A stretch of 63,994 nucleotides of DNA, filler included, from Streblomastix strix (taxonomy: Eukaryota): assembly GCA_008636045.1 (NCBI GenBank). It is 3 parts of 3 records of this genome, joined end to end, with 100 filler letters (N's around TTAATTAATTAA, not from the genome) between each part and the next. Parts side by side here need not be neighbours in the genome. Positions count along the whole stretch, not along the records: positions 21,558 to 43,002 come from SNRW01000372.1; 2 more parts are not named here. One strand, given 5' to 3'. A program made the translations under genes and the position numbers. Under the pieces are notes generated by a model. The model saw only the letters and a list, made by a program, of their open reading frames with translations. It was not told where the DNA came from and did no database searches. How positions within the stretch are numbered: the stretch's first letter is position 1; each line of letters begins with the position of its first letter. Of this stretch, positions 23,955 to 37,400 are shown piece after piece.

Positions 23955-26900
23955 TCATTACTCATCATCATCTTATTCCTCAGCATCATCATATTCATCT
24001 TCTTCATCCTGATTATGAATTGACTTCCTCTGGGATTGACGTGCAGAAGAAGTTTTAGTCTTTGCTTTTGCTTTTGCTTTTGCTTTAGTTTTTGGATTAG
24101 CGTTTCTTCCTCTACCAATCACCCTTCCATAATTCTAAGATCTTCCTTCTTATGAATCATCCTCTTATTCCTGTTCTTATTCTTCATCTTATTCATCTTC
24201 ATCTTTAATCATAGCACTTGGTCCATACTACCTCTATCCACGTCCAGTCATACCAAGATTCTTACTTCTTCCTCTTCCTCTTGTATTCACTTATGAAGAT
24301 TGATTACTCAATTATCCACGACCACGCTTACTCTATAAACTTCGACTCTTACTCTTCGGTTTGGGCATTATTTCTTCATCTTATTCATCTTCATCTAATA
24401 AATAATTACCCATACCATCTAGAACTTAGTCTTCAACATCATCTATACTACCTTTGATATTCCCTTTTATTTAATTCTTTCTTGTTAATGATTAAGACTT
24501 TTATGGAATTAATTAGGAAGTGTTATTCTGTTAATCTTAATGTAATCTAGGAAGTGAAGAAACAGGAGGTTATCTATCTTATGAAATGGATACTTATGAT
24601 GTGGATGAAAGTGAAATGGATTGTGCAGATGGAAGTTGGAAGGATAAATTGTCTGCAAACTTCTTTTATTCTGTTTTAATAATTTCTGGAATCTAATAAA
24701 TGAATACAGGTGTATAATTATTGATTATTGAATAATTATTAACTATTAATATATCACACTTTCTCCATGTCGAAGTGCTGTTTAATGTCCATAACAGTTG
24801 GAGTGGCCAAATCTTGAGCTGATTTGAGCATATCTTCTACTGCCTTAATTAATGCATTCTTTTCTTCTTTCTCTGCAAAACCAAGAAGTGCCTGTATCAT
24901 CAGTTATGGATTGAGTAACTCTAATTAAGGCTTAGATTAGAGTATGATATAATATATAATATAATTGATACCAACTAATTAATAAGCAAACCAAGAACTA
25001 TTCAATGATTTCTGTAATCTTAACAGATTCCTCCATAGCTTTTCTTCTTCTATTAATTTCTTCAGCAGCATCATCTTCACCAAGTTCATCTGCATTCATT
25101 CCAAGATACTCCAACATTCCATCAGCTTCATCATCTAGACCCAATGAATGGAGAAGCTGTGATCTTGTTCCTTAATTACGATTGACAGCAGCTGCACCTA
25201 CAGCCAATCTAGGTCGAGTAGTTATCTATCTCTTTGTGTGGAATATAAGCATCTCTCCAGGATTGGCTATACGACTTGCAAATAGACGACATACAGGCTG
25301 ATAATTGGCTACTCTCTAAGCTTTGTCATGTGTTACTACTACTCTTACAGTTGGTAATTACAATCCATATTCTTCAATACTAGCTATATCTATCTCTTCA
25401 TTTGATATTCCATCTCTAATACTCTAATTATTATCTGGATCATTAGCTTCATGTTCTTTATAACTGTAATCAGCAATATTGTATCCATCTCCTCCATTAT
25501 TAATATCCTTCTTCTTCTTTCCTTTCTAATCCTTACTATTCTTCTTCTATTTATTCCTCTATATTATTTCTTCTTCATTAATTATCTATTATCTCCCTTC
25601 TCCTTTAGCCCATTTCATTCTTCCATCTTCCCTTTATCTATCCATTGCTAACTTCAGAAGTCTATCTAATTCTCTTTCTACAGCTTTGAGCATCATTTCA
25701 GTCATTGCATCTTTTTCTTTCTCTCTTCCTGATCTATTATTACTTATTTAGATCTTCCCTTATTGATCATCATTACTACTAAATTCATCATCTCTTGATT
25801 ATTTCTTATTCTTCTACTTCTTCTTATTATATCCATATTCTTCTTATTCATTCTGATCTTCATCATCTTCATCTTCATTATCAATCCTATTCTTATCTTT
25901 ATTGAATTTATCCAAATTAATTCCATCTAAATTATCAGTATTATTCTATCCACCCATAACAGCTCTGGATATATCAACATATCCCATCACAAATGGTCTT
26001 GTTGATTTCATACGAATTGGTTCCCACATTCTCTGATCTCCACGTATATGAAGAATACCAACATGTTTAGGTGCTGTCTCTCCAATCTACAATTGAGTAA
26101 CTGTTGTTGATCCAAGTTAAACAACTTCAAATCCTCTTTCTGCATTAATCTATGGATGGGGTTTAGATTCATGTTCATGACCCCACAGAACAAAATGTAA
26201 GAATGTTGGCAGAAATGCTTCAGGTAACATATTCTTCAATTAACGAGCTTCACGGTTTTAATGAACTATACATATATTATACCATCCTTTGGATTTCTCT
26301 GTTTATTATTGTTATTGTTATTATTATATTTTTTCAATTGGAACTTCAGAATTGTCTTCAATCTTAACGAAATCCTTTATTTACTCATCTTATTCTTCTT
26401 TTATATTGTCATTATGAACCACTTATCTAATATCCTGTCTAGCATCTTCTTATTCAACATCTTCATCAGGGTCTGGACGAAACCAAGTAACTTTATCATC
26501 TCTGAAGAGACGGAATAATCTTTCATCCCTTATATGACCTAATCCATATAAAGCAACTCTTGTCTACCCTTTCTCAAATAGAATGGGAAGTATCTCTAAT
26601 GCATCAATAGCTTCACATCTACCAAAGTAATTCACAAGTCTTGTTGCAGCAAGTGTATCCATTGCACTTAATAGACCTTCTCCTGTTGGATCATCATGAT
26701 TACCATGTATTGTGAATATAGGAAGAGCTATATTGAGATTTGGGTCTTCATAGTTCGCACATCCTTATGAATTACGAAAGAGAGTACGTTAATCACCAAG
26801 AATACGAAAGGTTACAGGTTTGCTGCCAAGCACATATTCTCTCAATAATTCTATTGAGCGATTCAAAGTTTTGCGCGATGGTTTATTGTCATGATATAAA

Positions 26901-27127
26901 TCACCTCCTAGAACGAGCATGTCAACCTAAAATATCAAACAATGAAATTAAAAATATAACTAATAAGACAATTTTCATACATCTCGTAATGTGGCAATCT
27001 GCAAGACTTCCTCAAATGCTGCAAATGCATCGTTTTATCGGATTGGGTCACCTTCGTTCATCCCCAGGTGCTGGTCAGTAGCAAACATGATACGAAGGGT
27101 ATCATCTGCTATCTAGTCCTCGCTCAT
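23955..27127 (-). CDS. MRE11: Double-strand break repair nuclease MRE11 (about 3 introns)
   Basis: [72 protein letters not shown]-terminal RGRG (GAR) segments and acidic tail. Confidence 0.97.
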
Positions 27128-27424
27128 AGTTTAAACTACATTTAAAAATAAAAAATAAAATTTATAGAGTTAAAAATTAAGAGTTTATTGCAAATTAACT
27201 TGTGACAGTATTTTTGAGTGTTGTAAAGTGTTAAAAATTGTAATTTGATAAGATTTTGATAGATAAAAACAATATATCTTTAATAAATGAGTAAATTTAA
27301 ATTATAAAAGAGCTGGTGAGCTAGGATCAAAATTTTCTTGAAATTATTTGTACTCAGTTATTTGAAAATAATAATAATAATTGATATGAATTTTGAGTAT
27401 AATATTATATTTTATAATAGAATT

Positions 27425-27850
27425 AATCTTAAAATTCTAAATAATCAAAGCAATAAGAAGCAAACGAGCTTTTTAAATTTTGGGGTCAATTCTTGGCATC
27501 TCATCTTCAATTTTATTAGTGAGTAATTTTTAATTTGTTTATTTGGCTTTATGCAAACTTTCTCTATATTCAACACTTATCTATGCGATTGCCTTGAAAT
27601 AACGACCTCAAAACAAAATCAGCCGTACAGACAGTTGCTCTTTACATTTATACGTTTTTAATGTATAAAATGATCTGAATAATATAACTTTTGCTTTATT
27701 TCTATATAATTCAAAAAAATTATCTTTGTATATACATTGAAACAAATGATTTAAAATATTATAAAAAATCCAGTTTTCCTTACGATAGACATGAAAATTA
27801 TTCAATTAAATCTTATATATTTTATATTCATAATTTTATATGTTAAATTA
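27425..27850 (+). repeat. Dispersed ~430-bp repeat, copy 1
   Basis: Reverse-complement match to 42150-42585; core AAACGAGCTTTTTAAATTTTGGGGT...CTTATCTATGCGATT...GAAATAACGACCTCAAAACAAAATC(A/G)GCCGTACAG. Confidence 0.9.
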
Positions 27851-28041
27851 TTTATTTTTCTCAATCATTTAATCTCATTCTAACTTTTAAATTCATTATT
27901 TTCTTTTTCATTTTTCTAAATTTAATATGAGAGATTGGAAATTTATTCATTTTATATTTATTTTTTCTATTTGGCTTTGATCGTCTATTAACTATACAAT
28001 CTTATTAAATTTCACTCTTTTATTCATTATTTTTTCAGGGA

Positions 28042-29829
28042 ATGGAATTGAAGACAGTTCGAATTAAACGCAACTTTCCACCATCAGGTCTCCAAAATCC
28101 AACAGGATCCTGTTTCATGAATTCAACTCTACAGATGTTATACCATGTTCCACTTTTCAGATGGGTATTTTGAGATTAAATTTTTAATTCATTCTGATTC
28201 TTTCTTTTTAGCTTGTTATTAATTATAGTTCTGCTTAAGAAGTTGTTGATAAAATGTAAAAGAAAAGTTAAACTAATGAAAAAAACACATTATTTTATCT
28301 TTAGTAATTATATGAGTTATTAGAGAAAGGTTGGCAGAGGTATAAAACTATTATTCCTTTCCATTTTATTATTTTTATTATTATTAAATCATATCGTATT
28401 AGTGCACCAAATGATTGTTTTAGAGTCCCACCACACTTTCCTGAGATGAAACTCAATGAAATGGGAGACATGTAAATGTTCTATAATATTCTTCAGATTA
28501 AAATAAGGAGATTATTTGATGTATGATATTAACTTGTATTTATATTTATTACTTTTTAATCTTTTTTTAAACATTTTAGTACACTGCATTCCGAGGATGT
28601 TGTGATAAACTTTTCTGGTCTAAAATAGCTGATGTAGCAACATTACCTGGTGTAGGAATAAAACAGATTAATATTAATAATGTTAGCAGTATAAGGTATA
28701 TTTATTATTATATTTAATTTTTCATTTATTATATGACAATATTTTAGTGTATCAGTTCAAGATGCCGATAATCTTTATGATTCAATTCGTGTTATGCTTA
28801 ATCGAGATAATCCAGTTTAGAAGGCCAGTGATTATATGAATGAAAGGGGAGAAAGACCTATAATAACAATTGGAACTAAAGTATGCCATTATTCATATAT
28901 TAATTCTCTAATCTATTTTATTCATATATTAATTCTCTAATCTATTTTATTCATATATTAATTCTCTAATCTATTTTATTCATATATTAATTCTCTAATC
29001 TATTTTATTCATATATTAATTCTCTAATCTATTTTATTCATGTATTAATTCTCTAATCTATTTTATTCATATATTAATTCTCTAATCTATTTTATTCATA
29101 TATTAAATCTCTAATCTATTTTATTCATATATTAATTCTCTAATCTATTTTATTCATGTATTAATTCTCTAATCTATTTTATTCATATATTAATTCTCTA
29201 ATATATTTTATTCATATATTAATTCTCTAATCTATTTTATTCATATATTAATTCAGAGAACTCGATTTCTTTCTCTTCCAGCAGTACTTACATTTTCATT
29301 GGGTAGATGGAAGATTCGTAGAGAATAAGGAGGTGATGGAAAGATGTATACATGGATGGATAAAGATACAACTCATTTCTATTTCCCAATGGATATTGAT
29401 ATGTCTTAATTTGTACAACCTCTGAATGAATAAGAAAGAAAAGGTATTATTGAGGAAGATTATTTTGGATTAGGAAAGGAGTAGAATGAAGATGATAAGT
29501 CACATATAATAAGTGATGAAATGATGTATAAATGTGTTAATGCATTTGACGATTCTTCATCTGATCGTCATATATCATTGTAATATACTCTATTATCTAT
29601 TGGTGTCCATGTTGGTAATGTTGGTGGAGGTCATTATTATACTCATATTCGCCCAGATGCTTCTGATCGTTGGTTTGTGCTTGATGATGCCAATGTTCGT
29701 TAGATCAGTAATTAAGAAGCAGTTGACAGTACATTTGGTGGATGGGGAAGAGACAACGAGGGATGCGCATATGTTATTATGTATGTACGTAAGGAATTTG
29801 TGCCTCAGGTAATGCTATGGGGGGAGTGA
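28042..29829 (+). CDS. Ubiquitin-specific protease (peptidase C19, USP7-like catalytic domain), multi-exon
   Basis: Cys box GLQNPTGSCFMNSTLQMLYHVPLFR; FLSLPAVLTFSLGRW; FYFPMDIDM; His box IGVHVGNVGGGHYYTHIRP..RWFVLDDANV..CAYVIMYVR. An upstream exon is possible. Confidence 0.92.
28891..29254 (+). repeat. 29-bp minisatellite (~12.5 copies) inside a USP intron
   Basis: Unit ATTCATATATTAATTCTCTAATCTATTTT repeated within intron 28881-29256. Confidence 0.95.
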
Positions 29830-30042
29830 ATTAAATTTTACTGGAAGTTCCAGGATCACCAACTGAAACAGCAGGTATTAAATTGTAGTAATTTCATTCC
29901 ATTTAATGATGAAATTAATAAATAATCTTTTTTCTAAACAAAATTAATGTGTTAGACAATGTAACAATGTATAAAATGATTTTCATATTTTTTATTAATC
30001 ACTTATTGAGAGTTTATTTATCATTTCGTTTATTGAATACGC

Positions 30043-33000
30043 TCAAATAAATATATAAATAAGTAAGGAAACTATTATTATTAAAAGTGTGAACAAAGCA
30101 TTTCCTTTATGGGTTAAGATACGAAAGTTCAAATACACTGGAGCTGTTTCTTATGGGATTATTTCATGAACATCTTTTTTACGGATTTTCTGTAAAAGTT
30201 TATATGTTATTCTGTTGAGGTATAAGCAGATATTTTTATTCAACCAAACTAAACATTCAAACTCATATGAATAAGCTGGCTCTGTTATTTCAGGAGAAAT
30301 TTTCCTCTTTTTCTTTAATTTAGGTAATTATTATTGAATTTAAAATCTTTAATCAATTATTTAATGATCAACTTTGAGAAATTGATATTGTTATTGATTC
30401 AATGGTTAAGATATTTATTAATTTCCTCCTACTTATCCACCTATTTGGTTAAATAATTAGTCAGGTGCATGAAAAATAAATCTATCTTTAATGTTATACA
30501 GTTCGCATAAAACAGTTCTAGCATTCAAAATATTAAACTTCTATTGATATTCAGGTGGAGTAAACTAAATATAAACATATAAATATATAAATATAAATAT
30601 AATCAAAATTATAAAAATAAATAAACCTTAACATAATCATTAATGAATTAATTAACCAGGTCAGTAATGAATGGAGAGAACAATGAAGTATAATTTTAGA
30701 GATATTCCCACAGTTCATGATCTTTGATATAATCATATGGACATAAATTGACTTATTCAGTTACTGGTTAAGAAGATGAAGGAGATTAGTTCTTTGGTGC
30801 ATCCATGGTTTATTAAATAGCATTGCTTGATTATTTGTTATATCTCGGAATTCCTTATATTTGCTAATTTCTATTAATATAATGAAAGAATGAAGAATAT
30901 GAATGCATTCGTTATAAGTTAGAGAAAAGATGTTATACAAGATATTAATATTATTAATCTTCTGACCTCTCAATTAATGAACTTGATATTTGAATTTAAT
31001 TTTATGAATATGTTTAAATTTTATTCTTTATATTTGTTTATTAATTTAATTCAGAAGTAGAATGAATAGGAAATGGATTAGAATTGATGTTTTAATTAGC
31101 ATTATATAAGAAAGACTATTTTGGAGGATTGATTCTCCATTGAAGACTATTTAATTGATTTTATTGTTTATTTTATTAATTTATTTCACTCTTTCCTTAT
31201 TAAATATTTTTCTCTTACTTCTTTTTCAACAGTTAATTGTGCATTTGAGAGTCTAAATCCACACATTACTTGTTGTATTCTAATATTCCTTAGTTAATTA
31301 CTTATTCAAAATCTTTAATATGCTCAAAAATATCTTTAAGTTTAGATAATGCAGCAGATAATACTCCAGAAACATAGAATTGAGATCTAAAGAATTAACC
31401 AGAAAGAGAAAGAATAAGAGGAGCAATATCTCTATATAGTGTGAAATGAAGAGCTATAAAGTGTGGCCAAACTTAATTTAAGTTATTTCCTATCTATTAA
31501 AAATCATTCATTTTATTTGGAATCAGGAAATAATTAGAATTTGGTGGCAGATGATTTATTATTATTGAATTAATTTATTGTTGATTTGAATTATATTGAA
31601 TCTGATCTCTTATATTTCTAATTTACTAATAAAGTTATTCTTTTTAAGTATTATCAATTTCATTAATACATGAAGCTGGAATATCAAAGTTTATCTCAGG
31701 AATATCTGAAGCAATTGCAGTTCTATACAAACTACTCGTTGTATTCCAAGGATCAATTAGAATAGACCATAATCCAAGAATCTATGAGAATACATCCAAA
31801 CATTCATCCAAATCCTATTCTTTCATACTAAAGAGGTTAGAAGGATACGCATTACGATTATCGACATATCGAATAAATTATGTTTATGCATCTAATGAAT
31901 TTGGATTATTAACTTATTAAAGGTAGAATTAATATGTATGAGTTAATTGAGGAAGAAGATGTGAAGATGGAGGATTAGTTATTGAAAGGAGATGATCAAT
32001 ACGGAATGGAATAAGTCTTCTTTACAATCTCTGTTCTTATTATAATTACTAATTAATAAACAGATAATTCTAATTCATATATTACTATTGAAATGGCATT
32101 TATTGTTAATATTAATAAAATTATTAAATTTATGGTTCATTCATTGATTTATGAGGAACAAGTGATCTGGCAAAGTTCAAAGCTCTATTAAAATATGATT
32201 ATGATCCAATTTAAGAATTATTTTAGTCAGTCTGTGATATTAATTTATTGAAATAGTTATACCAGAGCATTGATGGAAGTAGATGTGCTGACATGAACAT
32301 AAGTTAATACCTCACAAAGATCATACAGCAATCTACAAATATTGTCTCTGTTGAATTAATGAAGCTGCTTTAGAATGAATTATTTGTATAAATATGCATT
32401 AAAGCAAGTTGGATAGCTAATGTTACATCAATTGTGCTTAAATTACTTAAACTAATATTATTGTTTATTAATGTTCCAATTGTATTAGGTAATTTTACCT
32501 CATTTTATAATATAGGGAAAAAACCATATTAAAATTGATTTTAAAGTTGAATTAATTATTGATTTTAGTTGTAAGGATTCAAATTTGTAATTTATGTGTC
32601 TATGTTTGTGATATAAGGTGACAAGAATGTATATGTAAATAAGAATATGAATGTGTCACGATATTTATTATATTATACTTCATCATTTTATTATTCTTTA
32701 TTCCTCCTTATTCCTTATTAGTGGGAGAATTATTGTGTATTGAATTAATTCCTCTGAAATTATAATCCCATTCCAATCTAATTGATATTCCCTTTTCTTA
32801 ATCCACAAACTTCTCTTGATATTCCAATTGATTATATTATAGTTGGAGGAATAATATCAAATTCTCTGATACTTGGAGGAATTATAGGGAATTTAGCTAT
32901 GGATGTTTATTTTAAGAAGTAAGTGCAATATTTTGAGTATAATTCAAATAAAGGGAAATCGCCTATAATTGCATCACACATTGGTGACACTCTGACATAT

Positions 33001-33780
33001 CTTAGATCTTAGTAATTCCATCCATTAACTTAATTCATTGTGAAAGGCCTTATTCTAGCTTTAATATTTGACCCTTCACTAAAGCATGCTTTGTTGAAAC
33101 ATATAAGGAATTATGCTAAGAAATATTCCATTGTGGATAAGTGTAATATTCCATCATTGACATTATCTTATAATTCATATTTTTCAATCGAAAACAAGTT
33201 TTCAGTATTTGCATTTATATTCTATTAATTTAATTATTAATTAGAGACAATATTTGTTAATAGTTTAATAAAAGAAGGAGGAGTTATTGGTTTGAGAATC
33301 ACTTCAAGGACTGGATTTCTTTTGAATTTATTTAATGGGAAATCAAATGTCCATCTTTAATATTATTCACCTTCAAGAATATTGAAGAATTGTCCACCTG
33401 GAGAAAGAGTATCAACAAGATCTTTAATTCCTACTTGATCATAAATATCATTTTGTATTAGTGGTCTGGAAATGAATCAAAAATATTAATTAAAGGCAAT
33501 AAAACAAATATTAAAATGTTATACCCTTAACCATCATTTTAAACAAAGATCTTTTCAAGGTATAACGGCAAATATTATTTCAAATTCATTTCTTTTTTGC
33601 AATTTATGGAAGAAAAAATAAGAAAATTAGTAAAACTAAAACAAAAAATTAGATAAATAAGAACATACAATTGTTATTAGAAGTGAATTGCTTTTCAATT
33701 TATTTAACAAAGTATCCCCTTAGGCTTTAGGACTAAAATTAATTTGGAAAGTTTATGGGTTGCATTATTCCTTGTTACAT
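30043..33780 (-). CDS. SMPD4/nSMase3-like protein with C-terminal TM helix (~1,150 aa, Q-rich insertions)
   Basis: TLSPGGQFF...WTFDFPLNKF; LSTMEYFLAQFL; EPAYSYEFECLVWL; YLNFRILTHK + TM (ALFTLLIIIVSLLIYIFI*). These recall the SMPD4 motifs FDFPV, LNPFEYY, PIRSYE..LVR and LRFL. Confidence 0.5.
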
Positions 33781-34467
33781 CAACGAATTAAACTCTATAT
33801 TAATAAGAAAAAATAAAAATAAAAAAAACAAATGAAAATTGCAAATGTGGTGTCAACTGTCCTTTTCATTTTCAATAATTTTGATTTTAATATATCATAA
33901 ATTTTATTTTAAGCAATAATATAATAAATTAATTAAAAATATTGATGTATTTACTTTGAAATTGGCATTTTACTTTAGTTTCTTTTATTCTGGTAAACAA
34001 AGTGAAATATGCTTATTTATTTAGAAATTCGTATAAATGTGGATATTATACATATTATCTAAGGCATAAAATCATTATTAAGTGAACAACCCCTACGCTG
34101 TTTTGATCGCAAATCCAAATACGTTTTCTTTAATTTTATCGTAATTTAAATAGTAAAATTTTATCACAATTTTAATTCTGTAATTTTATCAAGTACGTTT
34201 TCATGAAATAAGACTATATGTCCTGAATATTCACATGATTTATTTTTTTTCTTTTAAATTTACAATATTTCCACGCTCATATGTAATAATGACTATTAAA
34301 TTTTAAAATCATAGCATATGTACTCTAACTTAACATTTTACACTCATTTAATAACATTAATTTCAATCTATTCCTATAATTTCAAACCAAATAATAATTC
34401 TTATTATTTATACGTTTTATCTTATATTTTTTGAACAAAATCTATAAAATTATTTAATATTTTGCAT

Positions 34468-37400
34468 ATGAACAACATTGAAAATTCATTTTACTTATTT
34501 TTGTTTTATTTTAGATAACAATTACACAGACAATTTATTAACTAAATGACTAACTAATATTCAATCAATCAATTTTCCCTTCCTTGCATCTTATCTGACC
34601 TGCATTAAGAAGATTAGCATATAATTTGCTTTGCAAGAGGTGGAACTGAGAACAATTCATATTTTGCCGCATTCTTTTCATCTAAATTGTTTATGCTTAT
34701 TCACATTTCTGAAAACCAATAGAAAGAAATAAAAATATTTCAATATAGCAAATCTAAAGATGTATGATTTTTAACTCTTAAATTGAATTTTTTATAATAT
34801 TATAATTTTAATTATTTTTTTTAGTGCTTTTAACCCATTGAAATTAATTCTTAATCCATTAATAGAATTAAAATAGAAGATTCTATTGGCATTTCATCAA
34901 TATGTTTCTCACCAATGGTCACTCATTTACTTATTGTATTGGAAGATGGATCACTTTTGATTATTTCAGTTAATAAATTCTTTTTAGATGCTTCAACCAG
35001 ATAAATTAAAGCTGATTAGAAAAAAGAACCAATAATTTCTGAAAAGGGGAAAATTTCATAAAACCCATAAAAAGTTGAAAAAATTAAATCCATACAATCG
35101 CCTTAATCGAAGAATACTCACATTTAAAATAAGATATTGCCATCAAAACATTCAACTAATGACAGTTCAAAAGGAACAATTATTACTCAAAGTTCAAATA
35201 TTGGCAAAATGTCCCTGAATCCATAAAATATAGATAAATTGAATAGTGTATAATTCTCAATTCCAATTATAGATCCAACAAAAGCAAAAGAGATCTCAGA
35301 TGTATAAAGATACTTTCCAACAGAAATATAGACATCATCTGACATCTACTCTTTGAAGACTCTCCAAATTGTAGAATTGGGAGGATTGAATATAACACAG
35401 ACATTGTGGTGGTAGACATAATATAATCTTATATTCGCTCTTATTTGTACATTGAATGGATAATTATTCATTATTGATATGTCTTAGCAGACATATATTG
35501 TTATTAATTATAGGGGAAGGAAAGAAAATGAAAAATAAGGAGATATTGGTTTTATAGGAATGCATATTACAAAGATGAGAATAAAAGATGAAGAAGAATC
35601 AGAATATAATAAAAATATAATTAATGAAAAGAAAGATGGAAATGAATAATAGAAAGGGAAATCATTATATTAAGATGTAATACAACATACCCCTTTATCA
35701 AATCACAAAACAGATTTACTCATCTAAACATCAACATTTGAGATCTTTCTTCTTCCTCTTGAATCTGAAGATGGAGAACTTTTATTTCACATTGGAAGTG
35801 TAGCCAATAAAGAAAATAGCTTCATTTTCATTGAAAAGAAGAATGAAAAGACTCAAAAAGATAATATTAAGGAAAGGATGAGTGTAAATAAGACTGATAA
35901 TGAGAAAGATGTTAGAATCCTTGATCAGAATATTTCAGTTAGATTGCACCTTCGTCGAGTTATGATCAGATAATTAAATACAGGTTTAAGATTAAATCCT
36001 GTTGGGTATTTTCCATTAGTTCAAATCCCATTAGATTAAAATAATAAAGCAAACTCTATTTTATAAGGAAATGAAATTAATGATGATTTAATTATAAATC
36101 AATTAAATTAGAATATTAATGATGAAAAATAAGAAAGTACTTCAGAAATAGAAATCAGTAAAATTAAAACAACTGAATAAAGTAATGATTAATAAATTGA
36201 ATATGAAGCTCAAGATCATTCAATAATTCTTTGTCCAATAAGTAGATCTGAATCAATGAAACTTGGTATGTTTACTATATTATATTTAACTGACCTATAC
36301 AAATATTGATTATTCGTTATTTATTATTTATTACCAGGTGTGTGTAATTCAATAAATGGAATTCTTTCTGTTGAAGATGAAAAAGGGGATGAAATATGAA
36401 ATTACTAATTACCAAATTAAGTTCAATTTACTCACATTGTTGGATTGAGAGAAAATTTATTCATTTGTGCAACATCTCCAGGTAACATTATATTATATTT
36501 TTATTATTCTTTCATCTTTTCTATTTTATTTACAGACATTAATCAATAAGTTCATATTTATATTATTTCATCTCTTCTATCTCGTATTCAACCCAATTAA
36601 TCTCCTAATTTACATTCTTCATTTCTTTCTCCAATATTTGATGATATTTCTGATTAAAGTAGATCAGTATAATAAATATTGATATTACCAAAGAATGAAG
36701 TGTGAATAATATTAAATTCTATCTGTGAATAAATTCTATTTTATTACATTATATTTGACTTATTATATAATTTCAGAGAATTGTTTCTATTTTCCCTTCA
36801 TTATAACGAGAGAAATAAAAAGAATTGACTCTAATACATAAACTGCATTCAATTAGAATATCAAAATAAGAATATTCAATATATATAAAATAGATAGAAA
36901 GTAGCTAAAAGAAGAAAGATGAAAGAAATATAAACATGGATATCAAAAAGACTAATGTTAATGAGCAGAAATTAAAAGAAGAAAAGAAGAAATCAGATTC
37001 GTATAAATAAGAAAAGAAAGATTTAAAGAAAGAATAAAAGAAAGATTAAAAGAAATAATAAGAAATTGATGAATAACAACATCTTTTGGATTAAGAATAT
37101 GATATTTTAGATTAAGAAGATGGTGGAATTAGCGAAGTATCATCAATATCTAAAGCTTCAATGTCAGTCATTGAAGCAAATGAAGATATTTTGTAGAGTT
37201 AAAAAGATGAATAAAATAAATAGAAGGAATTTGAAAGAGAATAAATCAGATAATAAAAATAAATGGAAAAAGAAGAAAAGAAGAAAAAGAAGGAAGAAAA
37301 GAAAACACTTTAATCTGACAAAGATAAGTTATAATAAGAATAATAAAAGATAAAGAAACATAAAGATAAAGAAATGAAGAATAGAAAATAAGATGAATAT

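Noticed and set aside
28891..29254. CRISPR-like array (29-bp repeats)
   Set aside because: Repeats are head-to-tail with no spacers, lie inside a spliceosomal intron, and no cas genes are present.
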